Shown: positions 1 to 12,200 of the stretch, one piece after another
Layout of the letters: every line of letters starts with the position of its first letter
Position numbering within the stretch: the first letter of the stretch is position 1
Assembly (NCBI RefSeq): GCF_000150275.1
Contig: NW_002060956.1
Location: 990,280 to 1,054,279, forward strand
DNA from: Trichoplax adhaerens
Taxonomy: Eukaryota; Animalia; Placozoa
DNA length: 64,000 nucleotides
Direction: 5' to 3'
Made by a program: the position numbers and the translations under genes
Notes under the pieces: model-generated
Told to the model about the DNA's origin: nothing
Databases searched by the model: none
Seen by the model: only the letters and a program-made list of their open reading frames with translations

Positions 1-3000
1 GATAAACCTTCCGAGTAAGTTTAGTAATATTACCAAAAAGACATACGGTATGATGAAGTACTGCAATTATCTGGTTTTCTATCAAAAAATTCAATTTGTT
101 GTTTATAGACAGCAAGAGATCCACTCTCTTTTATATATATACTTCTGTAGATTATTTTTAATATCAATATTACCCTATGGAAGCTTAATGTATGTTTACA
201 TGGCTTAGAACTTCCATAAAGTTGACCAACTTGCAACGAATAAAAGATATGCTGTATATGTACGGGAATATATTGGCTACAGTAAGCTTCAGACAATGAC
301 ATAGCCATTAGTACTAGAGTTTTACATAGTAGATGACACATATCTTTACATATTGAGGTGGTGAATGGCTGATATTGGCAGCAAAGCATTTAGAAAAGAA
401 AATTGCAGATATTTTAAGTGATGTAGTATAACGACGGAAATGACCGGTTTTAGACTTAAGAATGCACAAAGTCATGTCTTTCATAATCTATCGATTTATG
501 TCAAATGATCAATTTGCGATAAGTTTAAGAATGAGTTACGTTATAAATTCAATTTAACTTTAAGAATTTAATTATCGATCTAATGAAATAATTTTTTGAT
601 AATTAATAATGTATGATTAATATCTTGTTACATATTATACACCTACAAATATACAAGTATGTGAGCAATTGTACCGAGGATCATATCAACACCTTTTTAC
701 AATCATAAAGAAAACAATTTATCTATATTAAGATTCAAGTGCAAGTTTTAATACGTTGAATGAAATAAAGTTTACTGTTTGACCAGGATTTAGTACGTTT
801 AAGCAGGGCTTAGTACGGATATCAATAGTGAAAAGATAATGTAGAGTCTAAGATGTATTGCTAAGCTGTGCTTCAATGCCAATTCTCGAAGCAGGATTAC
901 CAAGCAGTGTGTATCTGTAATACTAAGTTATATTAGTATTGCACTAAAATAAACAAAAGTGAATTTGAATTACACTAATCTGGCGTAGCAATCAATATAC
1001 CGCCAGATTGCGATTAAACTTTAACAATGTACAGGTACCTCATTTATATTATAACAACTGTAAATTTAGTTTGACAATGCTGTCGATTTCTATCTCATAA
1101 ATCAATTATAAAGTTAAGTAATTTCCCTTGTGGATTAGCGATGAAAAACTGATGACAATTAAATTACAGAAACTTACTACGATATTTAATCAATTTTTCC
1201 AAATTCACTTATTTAGTATGGCTTCTTTAACTCGTTTTAATGTAGCTTATTCATAGTATAACTATAAGATAATAGTGCCGTTTAAATATTTGAAACTTGT
1301 TTCATTCTTGAACATCATCAATAATGATACAATAGTTGCTTGATATCAAGCTGCAACTATTGCTGATATAATAAGCATTACAATCATCAGAATTATTGAT
1401 TACATTATTCTTACCTTCTCTTCACATGCTAATTATAATTATTGGATACAGGTGATTAGCAGTGGAATATGATCGTAAGCAACCAGTTACAAGATATCCA
1501 TAAATTGTTTAATATTGCGTCAAAACTTTTAAGAGTCAATTTTAGCGGCGAATACTTGATAAGTTGGTATAAATCGTTAAAGTGCATCAATTACTATATT
1601 ATATGATCATTAATTTTCTAGTCTTATGCTTGGTTTCATCTTGGAAATTAGATAGATCAAATCATATACATAATTAATTGATTATTCCGTAACTGAGTTA
1701 TTGATATTGTTTTCGAATTGTTTTTGTTTTGATCTAAAACTTGACAGTACACGCTCTGTAACGTTTAAATACATTCCATATAAACTGATGAACCTGAAAC
1801 TAACGAAATTTTTGTTTTCTTGCTCTTTGCAGTATATACTATATGTGCGTAAAATATGGCTAAAGCTTAAAATGCGGCTATTAAATAAAGCATAATAACC
1901 GATTTCAAATATTAGCTGTAAGATACGCGCATATATTCGATTTATTATAGGATCAAATGTCAAATAAGCAATGTATAAATTTATAAATCTAGCTATTAGG
2001 AGATCCTGTGGGGCTCAGTATTTTCGCACCACATTGCGCCTGAATTGGCAAACTGATTAGGATAGGATAAATCAATTGGATAATTTATTATTTACTATTA
2101 GTGGAACCAGTACTATAGCATTATTATTCAATCATTTCTGTGTTAATTTGCAAAAAAACGACGTAGCTCATACTATCAGAATGGGTACGAATATAAATTA
2201 TGCGATATTATTTAGTCGTCGTTTACTATCCAGATATCTTATCGTACCGTATCTAACTTAAAATTTCGTGCAAGAGGTAAAGAAATGAATAAAACTGTGC
2301 TACCATTAGCGGAAGTAGTCGTATTTTAAGATAATTTAATAGACATATTTGACATTAAATAAAATTATACGGTTCGGATAGAGTTTAAATGTAGCATTAA
2401 TCAGAAAGCTTATCGTTAGTTAGATCAGTTAAAAATTTATCATTATCTTTGGTTTCTACTATTAAATCATGGAACTTAAAAGCTACATTGCTTTTTCTGC
2501 GTAGCTCATTTTTTTGCATTTAAAGTAATGCTTTATAGTAAGACTGGCTAATCTGTACGTGATGGATCAACATTTCAATACTGTATTAAGCTATCCAAAT
2601 AAGTTGGCATTTAGATGCTAACGTAATCAACTGCAAATCATCATGTTTATGATTCTTAATTCCCCTCCCCCCATAAGTATGTTCAAGGACTATAGTATTG
2701 TATTATTTTCGAAAAGATCTAGGTTCATTATAACCGGGTATACTTGCTACTAAATGATCCAATATCATTATTATACTGCAGAGTTGCCCGAGTTCTCAGA
2801 ATTACGGTAGCGATTTTTGAGCGATCATAGTGTCTTATACGGTATACGAGTACATCTTTCACAACATTAAAAATGTCTCAATATTACTTTTAATAGCGAT
2901 TTTAAATCAATAGACTGATTCCAGGGCATGGTATTACAAAAATTATACTAATAATATTAAATAATTGGATAACTAGATAAGCACAACTACTATCGAACTT

Positions 3001-4068
3001 CTTACTATGTTCTTTAGAGTATTAATCGTGTAATAGAAAGTATTGGTAGTCTAACAGATAGTAATATTTGTACAACAATGAATAATTATGGAACAAAAGT
3101 ATTGTTGTTGTACTACGACATATATTAATTATCGTGTAGGCTTGGTCAATTGTTGAGATCCTTAGATCAACAAGATTTTTCCTTCATATGACTCTACCTT
3201 ATGGAAAGAATAGAATATGGTATATGCCTTGAGAAACTTCTAGTATACCGTACTCTGCAAGATCATTTCATTTTATTACGTGGCGTTTGCTTTTATTTTT
3301 AAACATGGCTTGTAAGCTTGATATCGATCATATCAACTTCTAGTTACTTTTCTGAATCACGTAATATTCTAGAAATAGTCAAGTTCCTAGAAGAATTCTT
3401 GAGGGTTACATATGAGGTATAATTGCGATTTTCTTCCGTCCCATTGCGTGACATATCCCTTTATTTATAAATATGGTTAGGAAGAATGAACTTGTATATC
3501 TAAGTCCAAATACGTATTCATACAATGTTAGGATTTAAAAAAGGTTCCCTAAAAGAGCTCTTATATATATATAACATATAACATATACGTAACCTATATA
3601 CCTTTAAATTTTGAATATGACAAGAAAAATTCTTTGGGGTTATTGGAAATGCTCTTTAAATTATAAACCTGCATGTTTTGCATGGTGTTGTTATACATTT
3701 TAACCCTTCTTTTTCAAACAAAGTCGGAAACCTTGCTTCATGCATTTACATAGAAATATTGTGCGTTATTTTTTGTTTCGAAGTATTGAAAATTATGAAC
3801 GAATTGCTAGAAGAAGTCTTCAGCAGACTTTATGGAAATATTTTATACGGCATGTTTTGTAATTTCATTGCATAGGTTAAGTATTGCCGTATTTGAATAT
3901 GGCTTTGAAAGCATGTCCTCGCATCTGTCCAAATACGTATTTTGTATCAATTTGTTGGGCCAATATAACATTTCCGAGAGATATTTAAGCGTGTGCTTAG
4001 AGCAGAATCATATCAGTTATTTCAAGTTTCAGTTTTTCCGTCAGTGTTAATTTGCTTCCTGCTTTACT

Positions 4069-4806
4069 ATGAGGAAAAAGGAAAATGATAACAATAATAT
4101 TGCCAGAAAAAGTGATTCCGAAAGCCAAATAGATAGCCGTGGCAATTCTCCCACATTGAGGGAAGAAAATGAAAAAAGCAATACCAACGATTTTCAGAAA
4201 CCGCCTTTTTCGTATAATGCATTAATTTTGATGGCTATTAAAAGTTCGCCTAATAAAAGATTGACGCTAAGTCAAATCTACGATTATATCGTGAAAAACT
4301 ATCCATACTACCGTAAGAAAAAGCAAAATTGGCAAAATTCAATCCGGCATAATTTGAGTTTAAATAAATGCTTTGTTAAAACCGAACGCAGTTTCAACGA
4401 TCCTGGAAAAGGGAGTTACTGGGAATTGAATCAATCATGCGAGGATATTGAAATTGGTCCTATAACTGGCAAATTACGCCGAAAGAATAATTCGTCGAAT
4501 AGATTACGCTCGTATCAAATCAGCTTTAGTCCTTATTCGATATCGTCTGTGACTGCGACCACTGCAGGTAATGGAGTAGCACGCAGTAGGCCTTCAACAT
4601 TTTTTAATGCACATTCATTCAACGCTCAAGAAAGCCTTACTGCTGCTGACCCTTTCGTCGGTAATAATCAGATTGCTCTTGCTGCCAATGCATTTCGGCT
4701 GCCGTCAATATCGACATCTATTCCTATGATATATAATATTTCTTCTGCCTATTCCTATCATCACCCTCTTTCGGGTACACAGAATTCATTTGTTAATATA
4801 TATTAA
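4069..4806 (+). CDS. FoxG: Forkhead box transcription factor, FoxG class, single exon (245 aa)
   Basis: Forkhead domain [61 protein letters not shown]...DPGKGSYW, followed by the FoxG-diagnostic tail [14 protein letters not shown] (cf. FoxG1 DVFIGGTTGKLRRR). An in-frame TAA at 4048-4050, with no AG between it and the ATG, supports 4069 as the start. Confidence 0.92.
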   Translation: MRKKENDNNNIARKSDSESQIDSRGNSPTLREENEKSNTNDFQKPPFSYNALILMAIKSSPNKRLTLSQIYDYIVKNYPYYRKKKQNWQNSIRHNLSLNKCFVKTERSFNDPGKGSYWELNQSCEDIEIGPITGKLRRKNNSSNRLRSYQISFSPYSISSVTATTAGNGVARSRPSTFFNAHSFNAQESLTAADPFVGNNQIALAANAFRLPSISTSIPMIYNISSAYSYHHPLSGTQNSFVNIY

Positions 4807-5561
4807 TCGGCAAAAAAGATTTTTGCCATAAATCATTTGGTCGTAAATATTCAATATATATGACGTGGTTAGAAAACTTTCGCATTTGATGCGAACAGAG
4901 TGATAAGAAGAAGTTGAATAGCTTCCCTGTTGATACTAACAGTATTTTCTCGTATGTTTGAACGTTATTTAGTTGTTGGATAGCTAGTGGAAATAAAGTG
5001 ATATTAAAAGTAGTTTATGTTCGAAAGCTATAAACTCGTACTAGTAGAATTTATATTGTTGACGTGAGCAAAATAATTAGAATGGTAGTAATCGTTGATA
5101 GATTACATGTATATTGGTTTTGAGGGTTGAATGGTTTATAGTTATATTGGTTATGATAGTTGATGATAAAAACGCTGGAATTATTAGATATGTTAGCAGC
5201 TATGTATCTTATTTGACTAAGTAAAATAAAATTTGATCAAATCCGTTTAAGCGTATTAAAATGAGTTATTATAGTTTATGATCAGAAATTGTACAATTAC
5301 AAACGCACGTATATTTAAAATGGACCCCATCGATATGAAGCTGACTTGTAACCTAGATAGAAATGCTCGCGTATATATATCCTCGATCGCGGCGTTAAAT
5401 TAATACACAATTGTCTTTTTTATGAACAAAAAGTACGAATTCGGTTAATCGTTGTTCTCATGCAGTTCAGCAAATTATGTATTTAGCAGCAGTTTCTGCC
5501 TCGAAATAAGTCACAAACATATTCGCATATATTTCTGTAGTATGCAACTATTTCTACTTAC

Positions 5562-6255
5562 TGCGTGCTTGGATCAATAACTCAGCCTTGTGTCTTAAAG
5601 GTACCTTCTTGTCGTTAGATAAACCAACTCCAGTTTGAAAATTATACTGTTCGAATTTAATCCCTTGCGGTGCACCTTGCTTAATAGCGATTGCCACTAC
5701 TTGCCATGCATTCTCTAACGATGTTAACAAACCAACTCTGGTCCAGTTGTAGTGCTTGACTAAAAGTTGTATTAATTTACCAACAGCGGAATAAGGGCCC
5801 GAAGTACGAGTAAATGTAGCAAATTTTTTCTTATCAGATAATGAGGGAGATGCACAACCCCATGATATCATGGGTACATTCCAAGCAGCTGCCAAAATGC
5901 CTCCTGGCTCACACCCAACACTACAAGCAGGTCCAACGAATGATCGAACTGGTTGTTGCTTGTTTCGCCACAGATTCGCCATAGCGGTCAAACTATCTTG
6001 CGTTGTACAACCACTGTTGACTAGAGTAGTATATAGGCGATAGTTGACTAATACAGACGAATCATTGTTAACGGTTTCGATTGCAATATCTGCACCAGGT
6101 ATAATATGAGTGGGTGCTATCCAGCCACCTGATGTTGGTATCATTAATCCAATATGCAACAATTGTGTTTGCTGCGAACTACTGTTATTACATAAGACCA
6201 TTAAACAGAACGGTCCAGTCAATAATAACGTCAATACTACCATCCTTGAAGCCAT
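5562..6255 (-). CDS. First coding exon of an ANF-receptor (Venus flytrap) domain membrane receptor, most likely natriuretic-peptide-type receptor guanylyl cyclase; gene appears to continue off the left end of the window
   Basis: ATG at 6255 (the ORF track starts at an upstream TTG). Signal peptide MASRMVVLTLLLTGPFCLMVLC. Motifs HIGLMIP, FVGPACSVGCEPGGILAAAWNVPMISWGCASPSLSDKKKFATFTRTSGP and HYNWTRVGLL. The frame ends at a strong phase-1 donor A|GTAAGT (5561). An acceptor TTATAG| at 6325 implies an upstream non-coding exon. A class C GPCR (GABA-B-like) is not excluded. Confidence 0.85.
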
Positions 6256-9200
6256 TTTCAATTACTACTGCTTAAATTGCGGATAATAATTTTATAATTT
6301 TTCCAGTAGCTCCTTTCAATTATCCTATAATAAACATTGTATATATTTGAATTAGAATAAAACTATTACATGCATACTAAATTATAGTCGAAGCTATGAT
6401 TATAATTTTAATTTTCCTACTATTTATTTGATTAATGATTAAAAATAAATTGTAAAAGGTGTTTCGACTTTCGAATTGATTAATTTTACCAAATTGTTCT
6501 TATCGTTTAATAACAAGAGATTTAGTAACATTAATTGAGAGATGGTGATGGATTGATAGGTGAAATATGATAGGTGAATGTTTCTCATGCGGCGAAATTG
6601 AATAATTTTGGGCCAAGAGGTAAGCGTAATTTTTAACTATTGAACCAAAGATTAGTAGATCTTACGGTAAGATTTAGTAATCCTTGATTGAACGATGGTG
6701 TTCCAGTTACCGTACTAATTTCATATACAGTATAGTTGCAGTTACGCAAGCATCGGAGAAAGTAAGGGTAACCGTATACACTTCAAATCAATTCGATTGC
6801 AAGAACGGATTTATTTCAATATTACAAAATGATTGGAATAAAAACGAAGTGACTAAAATTTTGAATAATGATTATCTTACGGAAGAAATTTCTCTTTGGA
6901 TTTTTTCCGCGTAGTCAATTTGATTAGTTTCTTTGATTTTCAGGAATTACTCAATGTCCTTGGATAAGATCAATCTGTAATGAGAACGTTGAATTAGTAA
7001 AATTAGAGTTAGAAAGAGCTTCAGCTTAACTTGAGATTACTATCATTTCACGGCATTTAAGAAGGATAAGTTAAGCTAATTTTATAGCTCAGGCTATTCA
7101 TTTGTATGTCTGATAATAGTATGTCGTAACTTCAGTAATCTAGACACTTTCTATAAACGAATCGATTTACAAGTAACTTGAACTGAAAAGAATATTAACG
7201 GATATTGTAGGCCAATTAATAGTATCTACCAAAATTTTCAGTATATTTATAGTTATGTAAAATCATAAATTAGAGTAGATGGTAGTTGGATCAGAAAGCT
7301 TAAGGCAAGATCAATTTACCTATAGTGTTCCAGTATAGTTACATCAACTTCAAGTATCGATATTAGTACTCAGCAAGATATTGTAAATCAACTGGATTGG
7401 CCTTGTGTTATCGTATGATTTCAGCCAATTACTGCTATACTTTGTAGTTCACGTAATACCCTACTGCATAACATAAATTTTTCTGTGAGTGTAAAGGAGA
7501 AGTAGTGTGAAACAGTTATGCTTGTGATAATTATGATAAATATTATAAATATTAAGCATTTATATATAATTGTACCCTTATTATATACTTATTACCAAAC
7601 GAGGTCTTGCATATGGTATAATGAGAATATAAAGATATTTAGTGTACTGTTTAGGGAAGCGTAAGCTTCTGTTCTTATATGCTTTATCATCTACTGTTAT
7701 TCAATTCAGCTAGCAATGGCTTACAATTGTGCTTTACTAAAGAATTTCGATGAGTGCTATATTGTACAAATTGTACAGAAATCAATATGTATAAAAATCG
7801 GTTAAAAAATGATTAAAAACAATGCACGTTCATTTTAGTTGCAGCTATTTTGAATCTCCGTATAAGAGAAAGAAAAGGTTAAAATTTTCTCTGAAGGTCA
7901 AATAGGTATAATAGACATTTGTCTACAAGATTATTTATAGTATTGACTATTTTTGCATTATGCTGTAGCTTTACCCCACCTAATGTAAACTCAAACTTTA
8001 GGTAATCTACTATGAATCGACGGTAAGAGTAGGTATTATTATCATTTACATATATGTGACAAACATTATTCCTGATATATATTCTTATTCCAATATATAT
8101 GCACTATTTCTTTTTATGAAAAGGTAATTAGCATCTAAGTTATATCCATAAATTTGTAAACTCAACAGTTTGAAGTTTATAGGTATTTGTATAGGAGATC
8201 TCGAATAATCAGAGAATTACTTCTTCAGTATGAAGATATAGAACAGATAAGGTGTGAATAATTGTAGAGATAATTTATAGAAAAGAGCTATTTTCGATTA
8301 TTTGAAAGGAATGAGGACGGAAAGAAATTAATGCCGTAGTTTATTCGATTTATACTCGTTTCATTTAATCTCACATTCATTTAAGAAATCTTCTGTAATT
8401 GCTTTGATTAGTGCAAGATTGCAAAATTTTGGTTGTACTATCTCATTTTTAGTATATTTTGATTATCAAAATTTCTTATGAAGACAAAATATTATTGTTA
8501 CATCCGATTGGGTTCATAAGCCAGTATTAAATACAATCTATCTATGGCGATGTGCTGTCCATTGTCTAACTGAAATGAACTATTTAGTGGCTAGCGTTTC
8601 ATAAATTACAATTTTGAAAATAATTCTAACTTAGTGCTATTGCAATAAATAAATGTATTTCCTTTTCTTCCACTGACTATGAAATTATTCCTATCTAAAA
8701 TATGGCCGAAATCAGTGAATTAATAATTAAGATGAATATTAAGTGCGCGATCATATTCGACAAGAAATGATTTTTAATTATTCTTTACCTTTGAAATGTT
8801 CACCTTGGTATATTAAAAATCTCTTGTAAATACTTTAAAAGGGAAGAAAAGGATAATGTTTATTCTAAATAGCAATGTTGAGGTACCATGACGTAATATG
8901 GTACTATTTTCTCAAGACTAAGATATTTAATTTATAACGCTCCAATAACATCCTGATTTACTTTTTACAATTAGTGTCGTATTTTTAAGATTACCTAAAA
9001 ATTTGATCAAATGTTCTAGCAAAAAAAGCTAGCCACTTAGTATAATATTATTATAGGGCGATCGAACAGAATTTTCATCCCCTAAGGATAAAGTGTTTAA
9101 TTAAAGTCATAATAACCTGAATTGCATATAGAAAGAATTTATTTATATCTATAAAAGCATACGCTAGCAAATAAATATTTCAGAACTAGAACACTACGAG

Positions 9201-12200
9201 ATATTTCAATAAATATCAAATACTGCGGAGACCTTAACTTGTAACTCTCTGAGATACGTTCAGCTTTATGATCATTATATCGGCAATGATATTTTTGTTG
9301 GTATTATTTAAATACAGTAGGTTGTTGACTAATCATTTAAATATCAAAGTTTAATATCAGGCATTATAATTATACAAGACTAACCTGAAAATATGAAGTT
9401 GATAGACTAGATGTGTAACATAGATCATTTCTTTCCCATGTTAAACATAAATGTCAATATACTGTGAGGAATGTCCCAAAGAGAAAATATTCAACGAATT
9501 ATTAATATACTAGAGTAATGTTTTAATTGTAATAGTGTTTCGTTTTGCTTTAAAAGTTATTGCAATTGCTTAACTTTAATTAAAATTGCTTTGTAATCAT
9601 CAAACCAATAGTATTCAATTTTTATTTCTTCTTACAAGTTTCATTGTTAGTATAAGCATAAAATTCCACTTAATAATACAATATTGCAAGTGAAAGCCAT
9701 TTAATTTGTGGAAATTATTAAAATAGACGTACTATAAGTGGTTACTTTTTATTTGCTTTTGTATACCGGTATTCAACCAGTAAAATGTTGATTAATTTAC
9801 GCACATGTATCAGTTATGTTCTCTCATCCGTCACTGATATTTTCAAAGAACGTAATATGTCACCCTAGGCTGCTAATCTAAAGTAATTAAAGCATTTTAC
9901 TACTATTGTCAAGAAAAATATCTTCTATTCGTATTTCTTGCTTTGATCAGAAAGTGATTGTTTTAATCTATTTAGTGTTTTATCTAGGACGATCATCAGA
10001 TATTGTTGTGTAAGTCTCTATTTATCAAAATATTCAAAGGATTTTATAAACATCAAAATGGTTTAAAAAATTAGACAAAAGGAGGAATTGGAAAGATCAA
10101 CCTTTGGAAGTAAAGAGTCTAATTTTTTTATCTTACATGGGTTAGGGGCAACAACCCTTTGCTTGCATATACATGTATACGTGTATATTCCTCTTAATTA
10201 TTTTATTGATACTAAAGTTTGCATTGAACTTATTCGTTAGCCTGAAGTCAAGTTTTGGATAACGTTGAGCACTCGCTGCAAATTAAACTTCATATTTATG
10301 TTTAAAATTATGCATGAATAGCATTCTATGTAAGTTTTAACTGTTAAAGATAAAGAATAAGTTAATATACTAGGATATTAGTCAGAAGAAAAGCCATTAT
10401 GTAAAATAGCATTAACGTCGGTCAATATCACTAAGAATTACATTGATGTCGATCTATTTTAATGGATATCAAAGCATAACCTAAAATATGTAGCTATCAA
10501 CCGTACTGTACCGGTAGAATTCACTATTGGCTAGTGAACATAATAGGATGGCTAGAATGATAGCTATTTAATATGCTATTAGATTATTCATACGATTACA
10601 ATTACAAATTAATATCAGTAACTATACTGGACAGATTGGCAAAGTAGTAGAATTTCTAACCTAACTCGTGTTATGGCTCTTGCGAATACTAAATATCATT
10701 TAGACTTAAGATGCTTTTCTTATAATTTTTGTGATCAATTAGCAGCCTAAATATGATGAGTAAACGGTTAAATACTAAAAATGGAATTTGATTACTATAC
10801 TTGCGCAGCTAACCAGCATAGCAATGCATAATACATACAATATTGATAGTACTGTATCTGATTTTAAAACATGAGAATGTAATGATTAACTAGTTAATAG
10901 AATAAGTTAAAAGAAGTAACGAACTAATAACTAGTACAGTGATGACTAAGAATAAAAATACTCATATTTCTGTTTACTAGAGTTATTGTTTATCCTGCTC
11001 TAAATTGTTCAAGTTATTCTCACTTGAGGACCTTTTGCAATTATGATGGCATCAAAACTTCTTCAATCAGTCTAGTTGAAGATAGCATAAGTGAGCGATT
11101 AATTGAAACATCTGCCGACTTTCTCTATGGTTCTAGCTTATGGTGTAATGATTTAATGTATATAGATGAATTTTTCATTACGGTATTATGGATTAAAGTT
11201 TGAGTCATTCAATCAGTTATCGAAAGATAGTGTTCCTTACAATCCAATGTTGTATTCAGAATCATATTATTTATCTTGTCCGCAGTAGTAATAAAGAGAG
11301 AGAATGCCTATTTAGGGTATTCACTTCTTCACTATAAGATATTATTCATGTAGTTGGAATTTATTTTAACGGACAAAATTATATCCTTTGAGTAAGATCA
11401 TAAATTCGAATTAACAAAAATAAAACTGGATTCGTTACTTGATTGAAAGCCTTTAGATAGATCTGAATACTGTTCAAGCGTTTATTGGTTTGATTATTCA
11501 TTCGTACTCAAAGAAACTCAAAATTTAAAATCGGTCTCTGACGCTTATGGTTCTATTATTAGATCTACAAGAAATATTCAATTTATTGTAAACCTCGCTT
11601 TTGCTATTATTGTCTAGTGGCTTACTCTTTCATTTTCAGAATATTTAGTTGTTTATGAACTCTTCTTAAATTATAATAAAATATGACTAAATCTGAGATG
11701 TAATGTTAATTTTAGTAATCTGTCAATTCGCTAGTATCCTCACTCAAAGTGTGACTAAAAAGATCTTTCCATTAGAGTCAACTATTTAATGTTCAATGTA
11801 TTAGTTACGGACAACAACTTGAACTAATATCGCAGAACGATTTTCTTCTGATTCAGTTATTTGAATGAGAACTGATCGGATAACAACCAAGTCTGTTTTA
11901 TGATAATTGTCTAACCGAATATGAATGACAGCCAAAAGATTATACAGTTTTTATAAAGAATATTCGTGGTTAAAACTATGAAAAAATTAATGCATTTTGC
12001 TTGGACTTAACTATTGGTTGATTTTTGATATGAATTGATGGAATAATTTATGCAGTCATGCGTTGAACGATCTAACATAAAAGTTGCCAGCTGTAATACT
12101 TTAAAAATAATCTGTTAGATATCGTAGTTTGGAAATATACGGACGAATTTACTATAGCTTCTATAATATTAAAAGACCATTATAGTAAGTAAAGAATCTT

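Noticed and set aside
30-389. 119-aa minus ORF as the next exon of the receptor gene
   Set aside because: No ANF-domain similarity in the ORF and no convincing splice sites.
1110-1180. CTGATGA...GAAAC hammerhead-ribozyme-like core
   Set aside because: Stems I and II do not pair convincingly.
2770-2856. Short open frame on minus that could join in phase to the receptor exon
   Set aside because: Weak AAG acceptor, and the translation does not resemble the expected continuation of the domain.
10166-10189. Alternating purine-pyrimidine near-palindrome
   Set aside because: Short and AT-rich; plausible by chance.
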